This document shows, piece by piece, positions 51,890-61,331 of a DNA stretch of 64,000 bases. Within the stretch, counting starts at the first letter, position 1, and each line of letters starts with the position of its first letter. This DNA is from an uncultured bacterium (GTDB taxonomy: Bacteria; Babelota; Babeliae; Babelales; Babelaceae). The notes under the pieces were generated by a model. The model did not search any database, had not been told where the DNA came from, and worked only from the letters and a program-made list of their open reading frames with translations. The stretch spans positions 32,001-96,000 of the forward strand of contig CAWGPQ010000017.1 of NCBI GenBank assembly GCA_963824495.1, given 5' to 3'. Both the position numbers and the translations under genes were made by a program.

Positions 51890-52106
51890 ATTACGCCTTT
51901 GCTTAAGTCATATCTTATTTAAAATTACAATCATGTAATTATTACTATACCTCGTGCTCTATGCTTTGTCAAAAGAGCTCGTAAGCCACCGCTTGTCCCT
52001 CCCCAGCTCGACAAGTTGCAAGAAAAACATTCATGAGCTAAGATAAACAAAATGAATCGGTTGTTCAGAGCAAATGTTATACTCGATATGCAAAGAGGGT
52101 TGATAT

Positions 52107-53459
52107 ATGACAGCAAGTAATCTTGAACATTGGATAACAACAGTTCAAACGTGGGCGTGGGGATGGCCACTTATTATTTTCGTTTTTGCTGCTGCTGTTA
52201 TTATGACCTGTGCATTTAGGTTTATCCAGTTTCGCTATTTTATCCGTGCTTGGCGGTACGTATTTACAGCAGAACAGCAGCCTGGCGTTTCTCAAGAGTC
52301 ATACATAACACCATTTCAGGCGTTCTTAAATACCCTAAACTCAAGTATTGGCAACGGGAGCCTGGCTGGTATGGCTACAGCTGTTTATTCGGGCGGACCA
52401 GGAGCGGCCCTTTGGGTATTTATTCTTGGGACGTTTATGATGGCAGTACGATTTGCTGAAGTATACGCAAGTACAAGATTTATTGAAACATCTGCAACAG
52501 GTGCTTTGCGTGGTGGTCCCATGGTCTATCTCAGCAATGTTCCCGGTGGAAAATTTTTACCATCACTCTATGCCGTATTCTGCTTACTTCTGAGTTTTTT
52601 CAGTGGCAATGCTATGCAGTGTAACTCGATAACACTAGGTCTTCAGCGTATGACCAATCTTGACGCGCGCATTATTGCTGCAATTCTTTTTGCTTTCTTG
52701 CTGTATATTATGCTCGGTGGAGCTCAACGTATTATTCGAGTATCAGATAAAATTGTACCTATCAAAGTAGGAGTCTTTTTTATCGCTACTATCGTTGCTC
52801 TTCTGTACCATTATCAATCACTATGGTCTGCACTTAAACTTATTTTTGAAAGTGCTTTTAGCTCGCGGGCGCTTGCAGGTGGCATACTGGGCTATAGCAT
52901 CCAGGATGCTATCCGTTATGGTATGTCACGATCGCTTAATGCAACTGAGGCAGGGTTAGGCACGTCAGGTGTCTTATTTGGCTCTACTGCCAGCAAGAAC
53001 CCAATGCGCACGGGTATTATGTCGATGGTCACAACATTTATTAGTAGCCATCTTGTATGTTTTAGCATCATGCTCTTGATTGTGGCCAGTGGCGCATGGA
53101 CAAGTGGATTAACGAGTACAGCATTAACAAGCTCTGCTTATGAAACAGTTTTTGGATCTGCTGGAGGCTGGATCGTAACGTTCTTATCAATTGCTTTCGG
53201 CATGGGTGTATTAGTTGCTTATGCCTATATTGGTAGGGAATGCTGGATGTTTCTTACTAAAGGTCGCTTTAATGGAGTATATACAGGAATCTACTGCTTG
53301 ATGGCTTTGTTTGGAGCACTAGCTCGTGTAGCAGCAGTATGGAATGCTATTGATATCGTCAACGCAGGCCTTCTTGCTGTTAACTTATATGGCTTACTTG
53401 TACTTACACCCTTTATGAGTAGAGCAGTGCAGGCTTACATGAGCAAGCACTCTTCCTAA
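52107..53459 (+). CDS. Alanine/glycine:cation symporter (AGCS) family
   Basis: PFQA...IGNG.LAG.ATA...GGPGA..W, GGPMVY, EAGLG. Confidence 0.92.
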   Translation: MTASNLEHWITTVQTWAWGWPLIIFVFAAAVIMTCAFRFIQFRYFIRAWRYVFTAEQQPGVSQESYITPFQAFLNTLNSSIGNGSLAGMATAVYSGGPGAALWVFILGTFMMAVRFAEVYASTRFIETSATGALRGGPMVYLSNVPGGKFLPSLYAVFCLLLSFFSGNAMQCNSITLGLQRMTNLDARIIAAILFAFLLYIMLGGAQRIIRVSDKIVPIKVGVFFIATIVALLYHYQSLWSALKLIFESAFSSRALAGGILGYSIQDAIRYGMSRSLNATEAGLGTSGVLFGSTASKNPMRTGIMSMVTTFISSHLVCFSIMLLIVASGAWTSGLTSTALTSSAYETVFGSAGGWIVTFLSIAFGMGVLVAYAYIGRECWMFLTKGRFNGVYTGIYCLMALFGALARVAAVWNAIDIVNAGLLAVNLYGLLVLTPFMSRAVQAYMSKHSS

Positions 53460-53517
53460 AAAGCACATACCTGATATACTGATACTACATATATAGTATT
53501 TTACAGCTAGCTATTTC

Positions 53518-54870
53518 TTGGACAGTATGCTTTATTATAGTGATGCGGTTCTCCAGCGCATAGGTTCCTTTATTTGGGGATGGCCTCTTGTTATCGGCGT
53601 GAGTACCATAAGTATTATTTTTACCATTGCCCTTAATTTTATTCAGTTTCGCTATTTTACCGCAAGCTGGAAGTATTTACTGTTCTCCGATCATACCGCT
53701 CGTACCAACCCAGAATATATTACGCCCTTTCAGGCATTTATGAATACGCTTAATGCAAGTATTGGTAATGGAAGTTTAGCCGGTATGGCAACAGCTATCG
53801 CTTCGGGTGGGCCTGGAGCAGCATTCTGGGTATTTATACTGGGTTTCTTTACTATGGCCATTAGATATGCCGAAGTATATGCAAGTACAAGCTTTACTGA
53901 CACCACAGCGGCGGGTTTATGGCGTGGGGGACCTATGGTTTTTCTTGGCAAAGTGCCTGGTAAACGTATATTACCTTTGCTCTATGCAGTATCATGCTTA
54001 CTGGTAAGTTTTATAGCAGGAAGCGCATTACAGTGCAATTCGATGCGCTTGGGTATTGAACGCATAACTCACGCCGAACCAAGCATGATCGCTTTCGCTC
54101 TTTTTGCTTTTTTAGCCTATATCATGCTTGGTGGTGCCCAACGCATTATTAAGATCTCAAATACGTTGGTGCCCTTAAAAGTTGGGCTTTTCTTCGTAAC
54201 GATACTTATAGTACTTGTTTATCACTATCGCATGCTCGATGATGCCCTATTTTTAATTATTAAAAGTGCTTTAAAGCCTCAAGCAGTTACCAGTGGTATC
54301 GCTGGGTATTCTATTAAGCAAGCGCTGCGCTTTGGTATTTCCCGCAAATTAAGCGCAACAGAAGTAGGATTAGGAACTGCTGGTGTGCTTTTTGGTGCAA
54401 CAAAAGCTGTTAACCCTTGGCGAAATGCAATAATGTCAATGGCATCGGTCGTTGTCAGTAATCACTTGGTGTGCTTTATGCTTATGCTTGCCCTTGTTGC
54501 AAGCGGTGTCTGGGACAGCGGTCTTACAAGTATAGCATTAACCAGTGCTGCTTATGAAACAGTATTCGGCTCGATTGGTGCCTGGATCGTAACGTTCTTG
54601 TCTATTATCTTTGGTATGGGCGTCATGATTTCATATGCTTATATCGGTCGTGAGTGCTGGAGGTTTATTACGGGGGGCCGCTTTCTCTGGCTTTATAGTA
54701 TAATCTACTGCATGATGGCCCTTGTAGGTTCGCTCGGCAACGTTGAAAGTATTTGGAGTGCCGTCGATAGTGCTAACGCTGGTATGCTTGTTATTAATCT
54801 TTACGGATTACTTATGCTTTTGCCGTGGTTAAGGCGAGAGTTGCGTGCTCAAGAACTAACCCCAGTATAA
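53518..54870 (+). CDS. Alanine/glycine:cation symporter (AGCS) family, tandem paralog
   Basis: Same motifs, colinear with upstream gene. Confidence 0.92.
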   Translation: MDSMLYYSDAVLQRIGSFIWGWPLVIGVSTISIIFTIALNFIQFRYFTASWKYLLFSDHTARTNPEYITPFQAFMNTLNASIGNGSLAGMATAIASGGPGAAFWVFILGFFTMAIRYAEVYASTSFTDTTAAGLWRGGPMVFLGKVPGKRILPLLYAVSCLLVSFIAGSALQCNSMRLGIERITHAEPSMIAFALFAFLAYIMLGGAQRIIKISNTLVPLKVGLFFVTILIVLVYHYRMLDDALFLIIKSALKPQAVTSGIAGYSIKQALRFGISRKLSATEVGLGTAGVLFGATKAVNPWRNAIMSMASVVVSNHLVCFMLMLALVASGVWDSGLTSIALTSAAYETVFGSIGAWIVTFLSIIFGMGVMISYAYIGRECWRFITGGRFLWLYSIIYCMMALVGSLGNVESIWSAVDSANAGMLVINLYGLLMLLPWLRRELRAQELTPV

Positions 54871-54901
54871 ACCTGTTTAAACTATAAGTGTTATAAGTGC
54901 T

Positions 54902-56326
54902 ATGAGTGTATTGCCAACCGTGTTTCCTGTTACCTGTCATACTACGCATGTAGGTCCGGGTAGTACTTTTGTTGCTATTAAAGGCATCAAAGAAGATGGT
55001 ATTACGTATATCCCTGAAGCAGTTGCTCGTGGAGCATCACGTATTGTCATTGAAGAAAGCGTTGTGCTTTCTTCATCTATTCAAGAACTGCTTACCAGTA
55101 AAAATATAGCACCACTTCGTGTAGCTAATACACGTCAGGCACTCGCTGAACTAAGCGCTCAAGCACTTGATTATCCTGCACGGTCTTTAAAGATTATTGG
55201 CATAACGGGAACCGTAGGTAAATCAACAACTGTTTTTTTATTGGAGCACGTGCTTAAGTCAGCTGGTTATGCAACAGCGCGTATAAGCTCGGTGACCAAC
55301 TCCATTAAAGAAACTTTATTGCCAGCACCACTTACGACACCCCAACCTGATTATATACAGGTATTTCTCGACACATGCCGCAGACAAAATATCGAGTGGA
55401 TTGTTATGGAAGTTGCAGCTCAAGCATTATCCCTTCACCGTGTAGATGGTATAGAATTTGAAGCGGTTATTTTTACCAATTTTAGCCGAGAGCACGGTGA
55501 GTTTTACCCAACACTTACTGATTACTTTAACGCAAAAAAGCTTATTCTTAATCAAGTTAAGCCTGGGGCGCTTGTTCTGCTTAATAATGACGATCCACAT
55601 ATTGCTCAACTCGTCTGCCCTCAAGCTCGCGTAATCTCCTATGGTTTACAAGCCACCTGTTCATATTGGGCACAGGTTAACCAAGCAGATCTTAATGGCT
55701 TAGATCTCACTGTGTATAATTCTAACCATGAGGAGCTTCCACTTATTTGTCCCGCGTCATGTGGTTACTTTAACGGTTACAATATCTTAGCCGCTACAAG
55801 CTGTGCACTACGCCTTGGTATAGCACCTCATGCTATTCAACAAGCATGTCGGACATTTGCTGGCGTGCCGGGCCGCTTAACCCGTTTTGTATTGCCTAAT
55901 GGCGCCACAGCGTTTATTGATTACGCTTATAACCCATCGTCATTTCAAGCTGTACTGTCAACGCTACGACAACTTAGTTCACATATAATTGTTGTATTTG
56001 GGGCCGGCGGGGACCGTGATGTCCCAAGGCGCCCTCTAATGGGTGCTGTAGCTGCCCAGTATGCCGATAGTATTATTTTGACATCCGATAATCCACGGTC
56101 GGAAGATCCCATGGCTATTATTCAGAATATTCAAGCAGGCATATCGCCCGAGAATAATCATACAGTACTTATTGAACTTGATCGTGAGCAAGCAATAAGA
56201 CATGCCTATAAGCTATCAGGCTCAAAAAGCATTATAGCTCTTTTGGGCAAGGGACCTGATGAATTTCAGCTTGTTAAAGGCATCAAATATCATTTTAGCG
56301 AAGCAGCTATACTTCAGTCTTTATAG
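54902..56326 (+). CDS. murE: UDP-MurNAc-dipeptide--diaminopimelate ligase
   Basis: GITGT.GKSTT, TTP, MEV, FTN, VPGR, VFGAGGDRD, TSDNPR.E. Confidence 0.9.
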   Translation: MSVLPTVFPVTCHTTHVGPGSTFVAIKGIKEDGITYIPEAVARGASRIVIEESVVLSSSIQELLTSKNIAPLRVANTRQALAELSAQALDYPARSLKIIGITGTVGKSTTVFLLEHVLKSAGYATARISSVTNSIKETLLPAPLTTPQPDYIQVFLDTCRRQNIEWIVMEVAAQALSLHRVDGIEFEAVIFTNFSREHGEFYPTLTDYFNAKKLILNQVKPGALVLLNNDDPHIAQLVCPQARVISYGLQATCSYWAQVNQADLNGLDLTVYNSNHEELPLICPASCGYFNGYNILAATSCALRLGIAPHAIQQACRTFAGVPGRLTRFVLPNGATAFIDYAYNPSSFQAVLSTLRQLSSHIIVVFGAGGDRDVPRRPLMGAVAAQYADSIILTSDNPRSEDPMAIIQNIQAGISPENNHTVLIELDREQAIRHAYKLSGSKSIIALLGKGPDEFQLVKGIKYHFSEAAILQSL

Positions 56327-56371
56327 ATAAAAAAAACTCAGTAACTTGAGTTGCGCAAAACGGCCAAGCAA

Positions 56372-56413
56372 AAGGCCTTCCGTTATGTCTTGTAAGATTA
56401 TAAGGAAGGCCTT
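56372..56413. terminator. Stem-loop between convergent genes, probable terminator
   Basis: aaggccttcc...ggaaggcctt 10-bp arms with extra inner pairing; short U-run on the minus strand. Confidence 0.65.
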
Positions 56414-56449
56414 AACTTTAACAACTATAAGAAGTTATTAGATAGAGGC

Positions 56450-56641
56450 TTATCTGCAACCGCAACAACGTCTGCGACAACCACAGCCACAGTTGCTGTG
56501 TTTGAAAGAAACACTATCGCCTTGGGACAGTATCTCTTTTTGATCGGCTTTTACTGCGCCTTGAGCTTTATCTGAGCAGAAGACTGGAGCAGGAATAAGC
56601 GAAACAGCGAGTAATGCCATGCTTAATGTTTTCATGGGCAT
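56450..56641 (-). CDS. Small secreted peptide with Cys/Arg-rich tail
   Basis: SD aagga, signal peptide, ends CGCGCRRRCCGCR; downstream hairpin. Confidence 0.7.
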   Translation of the reverse strand: MPMKTLSMALLAVSLIPAPVFCSDKAQGAVKADQKEILSQGDSVSFKHSNCGCGCRRRCCGCR

Positions 56642-56759
56642 CCTTTCTTAAAAGAGGTTTTGAACACTTTGATCTCAGTGCCCCACCATACCTAAGCATA
56701 TTGTTGCTGTCAATAGATCAAAGCTCTATTGGCAAAGTCTTCTTAAAACCCAGGCTCAA

Positions 56760-57881
56760 TTAGCGAATTGAATGATAGCCACCGGAAACTCCTTTTTTTG
56801 AAAGCACAATTTGCCAAAGCTGACAATAACGTGCTCTAAAAGCTCCAGCGCAGCTGAGCAAATAGTAGCTCCACATGCGATAAAAGCGTTCACTATAGTT
56901 TGACTTAAGGGTATTCCAACTTTTATTGAAATTGGCATACCAAGCAAGAAGAGTTTTTTCATAAAAAGCACTAAAATTATGCCAATCTTCCATAACAAAT
57001 AACCCTTCGCCCGCTGCAGCTATCTGCTTGATAGACGGAAGCATAGAGTTAGGGAAAATATACTTTTCTAGCCAAGGGTCACCCGCAGTACAAGATCTAT
57101 TGCCACCTATAGTATGCAAAAGAAACAAACCGTCATCTTTTAAGCAGCGGTTAATAATATGCATATAGGTGCTATAGTTCTTATAGCCAACATGCTCAAA
57201 CATGCCCAATGACACAATGTGATCAAACGGCTCATTAACCTCTCGATAATCCTGTAATCGTATCTCGACTGGCAGCCCCTTGCAGAGCTTATTGCCGAGA
57301 GCAACTTGTTCAGCAGATATAGTAACTCCTACAACACTGACACCATAGTGCTCGGCTGCATATTTTGCAAAGCTTCCCCAACCACAGCCGACATCAAGAA
57401 CATGCATGCCAGGCTTAAGACCAATTTTGCGGCATACTAAATCAAGCTTCGCTTCTTGTGCATCGTCAAGATTATGAGTATCTTTCCAATATCCACAAGT
57501 ATAGACTAATCGCTTATCAAGCATGCTTTCATAAAGATCATTACCTAAATCATAATGGTGCTCACCAACCTGATAAGCACGTCTGGCATGCTGTAGGTTA
57601 TACAGCTGTGCTTTAAGCATATGCCAGAGCAATGTTGGACTTGGGCGTAGTTTATTGGGCAAATCTACGGTAAGAATTTTGTTAAAAAATTCGTCAAGCT
57701 GCTGGCAATCCCACCAACCGTCCATATAGGCTTGGCCGAGCCCTAGCGATCCTTTGGCAAAAACACGAGTGTACAAACGGTCATTATGCACCTGTATATC
57801 CCATGGACGATTGCCATTAACGATAATATCGGCAAGACTCAATAAGTGCGTAGCAAGCTCCTTCGCTCCCCTCTGTAGCAT
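56760..57881 (-). CDS. cfa: Cyclopropane fatty-acyl-phospholipid synthase
   Basis: HYDLGN, YTCGYW, LDVGCGWG, GMFEHVG, YIFPN, RMW.YYL. Confidence 0.96.
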   Translation of the reverse strand: MLQRGAKELATHLLSLADIIVNGNRPWDIQVHNDRLYTRVFAKGSLGLGQAYMDGWWDCQQLDEFFNKILTVDLPNKLRPSPTLLWHMLKAQLYNLQHARRAYQVGEHHYDLGNDLYESMLDKRLVYTCGYWKDTHNLDDAQEAKLDLVCRKIGLKPGMHVLDVGCGWGSFAKYAAEHYGVSVVGVTISAEQVALGNKLCKGLPVEIRLQDYREVNEPFDHIVSLGMFEHVGYKNYSTYMHIINRCLKDDGLFLLHTIGGNRSCTAGDPWLEKYIFPNSMLPSIKQIAAAGEGLFVMEDWHNFSAFYEKTLLAWYANFNKSWNTLKSNYSERFYRMWSYYLLSCAGAFRARYCQLWQIVLSKKGVSGGYHSIR

Positions 57882-58024
57882 AGTACTCTACCCTCACGCT
57901 TACACAGTACAGCAGTATACTTTTTTGTGAGCATAAAAAAGTAACGACTAAGAAGTCAATTGAAGCTTGTTGATCACATGCTCAAGTCTGCTGTATGCTT
58001 GCAGTAGGGTCTTGCAGCGAAGCT

Positions 58025-58310
58025 TTAACCTTTCCATAAAATGACCTCGGGCATTATCTCAGTTTTCATCTCTTCAGGAACAGAATGTATATCGACAATA
58101 TCAATTCGTTAGGGTATATAGAGGCATTCAAGAACGTTTCTCGCTTGAGCTAATTCTAACATATCTAATTTGCGCCCTGCATCAAGAGCAATATCTATAT
58201 CCGAAGTCACCTTATGGGTTCCCCGAGCGCGAGAACCAAACAGATAAATTTTAGCATTTGGGGAATAATACATAAAGAAGTCTTGTCATAACGTCTTGAT
58301 CTTTAATCAT
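58025..58310 (-). pseudogene. Minimal nucleotidyltransferase (MNT) antitoxin remnant
   Basis: Hand translation gives KIYLFGSRARG...SDIDIA...IDIVD with one frameshift (~58260) and one stop (~58110). Confidence 0.75.
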
Positions 58311-58323
58311 GCTTGGAGCTCCA

Positions 58324-58360
58324 TCAGCACAGAAGCCAGTAGTACTGGCTTCTGTGCTGA
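58324..58360. repeat. Perfect 18-bp inverted repeat with 1-nt spacer
   Basis: tcagcacagaagccagta-g-tactggcttctgtgctga. Confidence 0.9.
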
Positions 58361-58405
58361 CTATACAGCTTGATTATAGAATATCCTGAGCACTTAAGCA
58401 ATCAC

Positions 58406-59518
58406 TTAGAACCCTGATTGAGGTGGAACTCCCGGTGCCATAGCAAGTTGGGCAATAATAGCAGCAATTTCAGCCGGAAGCGGTTGACCTGTGGGAGTTG
58501 GAGCCCATGCAAATTCACCAGCTTGTCGTCCTGTTTGTGTTAGCTGACCGTATACAAGTTCGCTTGCATGTCTTTCAAGAAAATCTGCAACTTCAGGATG
58601 ATTATTTCGAAAAGCAAGAATCCATGCTGACGCATGTTGATTATTGAAGAGATTCGCCAGAGCATTATGACGAAGTAAAACTTGAACAGCACGTAGGTGT
58701 CCATTACGGGCTGCGTAATGCAAGGCCGTATCGCCGTTATTGTTACGTTCATTGACATGAGCACCTGCTCGTAAAAGGCTCTCAATAATGTCAGGATTGC
58801 CAGCAAGCGCTGCATAGTGTAATGGTGTATTGCCTGCAGTGCTTCGTACTTTAACATCAGCTCCACGATCAAGTAACAGGCGCACAAGATCTGCATGGCC
58901 CCGGACGGCAGCCCAATCTAATGCCGTCATACCCAAAAATGGCTCAGCATCATTAATTACTTGAGGCATCTTGTTCAAGATAGTAGCAACTGCTTCTGTA
59001 TCGCCTTCGATGAGTGCCAAATTCAAAGGCGATAAAACAGGACGTAGTAGATCAATCATTCTTTGATAAAGTTCAGCAGGAACGGGTGCATCATTGGCCA
59101 AAAGCAAGAACACTGCTCGATCTTGTCCTTGAAGTAGTGCTAAAGCCAAGGGAGTTTGTCCCTGCTGATTTGCATGATTAATATGAGCATTGTGAGCAAG
59201 TAAAAGTTGCATAACAGGTATCTGTCCTTCATAGGCAGCCCAACTTAAAGGAGTATTTCCATACGTATCTATAGTATCAACATTGGCACCTCCTTGCAGT
59301 GCCTTCTCAATCGTCTCCACAGCCCCCATGCCTACTGCTGCACGCAACGATAATTGCTTAAGCTTTTTACGTGCTTCTTGAGATAGCTCTGGGCGATATT
59401 TTTGTTTTTTCCTCGGTGGACTTGGTGGTGACGTGCTCCAGACCTGTAAACAAGAAACACTGAGCACTAAAGCTACAAAAGACACGGTGAACAATCGTAA
59501 ATTTTTAGATATTTCCAT
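58406..59518 (-). CDS. Secreted ankyrin-repeat protein with NLS-like segment and F-box-like tail
   Basis: Signal peptide, PPRKKQK, TPL/TAL ANK repeats, PLPAEIAAIIAQL. Confidence 0.9.
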   Translation of the reverse strand: MEISKNLRLFTVSFVALVLSVSCLQVWSTSPPSPPRKKQKYRPELSQEARKKLKQLSLRAAVGMGAVETIEKALQGGANVDTIDTYGNTPLSWAAYEGQIPVMQLLLAHNAHINHANQQGQTPLALALLQGQDRAVFLLLANDAPVPAELYQRMIDLLRPVLSPLNLALIEGDTEAVATILNKMPQVINDAEPFLGMTALDWAAVRGHADLVRLLLDRGADVKVRSTAGNTPLHYAALAGNPDIIESLLRAGAHVNERNNNGDTALHYAARNGHLRAVQVLLRHNALANLFNNQHASAWILAFRNNHPEVADFLERHASELVYGQLTQTGRQAGEFAWAPTPTGQPLPAEIAAIIAQLAMAPGVPPQSGF

Positions 59519-59633
59519 AAGTTAAGCCTCATTTATATCAAATAAACTATCTGTCTAATAGTAATAGTAGCAAATTATGGGCCGAGGCGTCAACACTTAA
59601 TTGTTCGGTAGTGAAGTAGCAATGTTAGATACG

Positions 59634-60617
59634 TTAAGAAGTTGTTTCAGCTTGAGCTTTTCCCATAAGGTAGCTTATGATATGGCGCATAATGTTCTTT
59701 TCAGGTAAAAGAGGCAAAATCTTGTCGAGCTTATTATCGCGTCCTGCTTTCGATACCATGCTCACTTGCGTTGAGGGAATCATGCGGTCAAATACAGCAA
59801 GTACATTCTGGTGGTCAAGTTTATAAGCAAGTCCCCAAGCTGTGTAACCATCATTATTATGAATATCAGCACGAAATCGACGGGCTATGAAAAGTTCGAC
59901 AGCTTCAGCATGATCCTTTAATGCAGCAAGATGAAGCAATGTATTTTTATGGTCGTCTCTTTTACTTATGAGAGCACCATGATCTAAAAGTGCCTCGATA
60001 ATTGCTTTATGACCAGACAACGTAGCCCACTGCAACGGCGTTATGCTCAATTTTCCATCTATTTCTGAAAAACATTTGGGCGTAACGCCTTTTAGAAGCT
60101 CTGTCACACGATTGCTATCGCCAACAAGAGATGCAGCATCGAGAGGTGAATACTTGTCTTGCTCCAAAGTTTTACAAACCAGTTCACGTTCTTCTTTAGA
60201 CAGCATAACAGGATGATGTAAGAGTGTAAGAAGAGATGATATTCGGGGCGATGGTGAGCAGAGCCAGTGTATAAGCGAACAATCTGGGTCTTTAAAATGC
60301 TTAAGATTAGCACCATGAGCAATGAGCAGTGTGACAATATGTGGGCTATTATTAAGAGCAGCCCATGTCAAAGGGGTGTGACCCGTTTTGGAATTATGAC
60401 AGTTAACATCGGCTCCCGCCTCCAAAAGTGATGTTATTGTCTCCCTATCTGGTTGCATGGCGATGGTATCAAGTAATGCATTGTTAAGTTCTTGCTGAAT
60501 CTCAGGTAAAATCTCTAGTGCTCTATTAGTTGTAACTTGCATACAAGAGAGAGAAAGAGTGCAAGTAAAAATGCTCAAGTTTAGTAGTGATGTAGGTGAC
60601 AGTAAAACGCTCTCCAT
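59634..60617 (-). CDS. Ankyrin-repeat protein with F-box-like tail
   Basis: TPLTWAA, TPLQWA, TLLHLAA; ends LLPEKNIMRHIISYL. Confidence 0.85.
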   Translation of the reverse strand: MESVLLSPTSLLNLSIFTCTLSLSCMQVTTNRALEILPEIQQELNNALLDTIAMQPDRETITSLLEAGADVNCHNSKTGHTPLTWAALNNSPHIVTLLIAHGANLKHFKDPDCSLIHWLCSPSPRISSLLTLLHHPVMLSKEERELVCKTLEQDKYSPLDAASLVGDSNRVTELLKGVTPKCFSEIDGKLSITPLQWATLSGHKAIIEALLDHGALISKRDDHKNTLLHLAALKDHAEAVELFIARRFRADIHNNDGYTAWGLAYKLDHQNVLAVFDRMIPSTQVSMVSKAGRDNKLDKILPLLPEKNIMRHIISYLMGKAQAETTS

Positions 60618-60982
60618 AGATAACTAAGACCCCGCATAAACAACATGGCAATAATAAATTTTTCCAATAGTAACAAAAATTTAAGAATTAATCAACATCT
60701 TTAAAAATAATAACATATTAGATATTATTTAGTGATATGCAGCTACTCTCAAGCTTTTTTAACTTGTCTTTTAACTTCTCTAGTATTATTTCTATTGACA
60801 TTCACATGGCTTAAAAGCTAGAGATTCTTGTTTTGTAGGGTGACCGAATTCAGATCTCTATCTATCTCTATGCCGCATTCTTTACAAGTGTAAGTACGTA
60901 CCGATAAAGGCATGTCTTGAACATTCTTACAAGCTGAACACATCTTAGTCGTTGGCCGGTAACGATTAATCATAGCAAAATG

Positions 60983-61016
60983 GCCTACTCCGCCATAGTT
61001 GCCACGAAGGCCGGGC
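60983..61016. repeat. Miniature palindromic insert in tnpB, copy A
   Basis: 34 nt between the WYGK and HFAM codons. Confidence 0.7.
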
Positions 61017-61090
61017 TTTACCATACCATTGGCACTTGTACCGTAACATATCAACGAATATGCTCCATCCAGCATCACTTATAGACTGTG

Positions 61091-61159
61091 GCCTACTCCG
61101 CCATAACAGCCTTCAAGATCTTCATAGTTTTAACGAAGAAGATGGCTATGAAGGCCGGA
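61091..61159. repeat. Miniature palindromic insert in tnpB, copy B, with nested inner hairpin
   Basis: Shares gcctactccgccata and gaaggccgg with copy A; removal restores NRYVAQSISDAGW. Confidence 0.7.
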
Positions 61160-61331
61160 CTACATATCTATTACGAATCGTGCTTTTAACGTCGAGATTC
61201 TCTACAACAATAACGTCGTGGTTTTTGACGATTTTGCTTGATGCTTTATGAAGAAAATCTTTTCTCTTATTTCTAATATATCTATGACAGTCACCAACAC
61301 GGTTGACTGCTTTCTTTCCGTTATTGCTGCC

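Noticed and set aside
56450..57881. RiPP cluster (Cys-rich peptide plus SAM-dependent enzyme)
   Set aside because: The neighbour is a typical full-length Cfa lipid methyltransferase; no maturase or dedicated transporter
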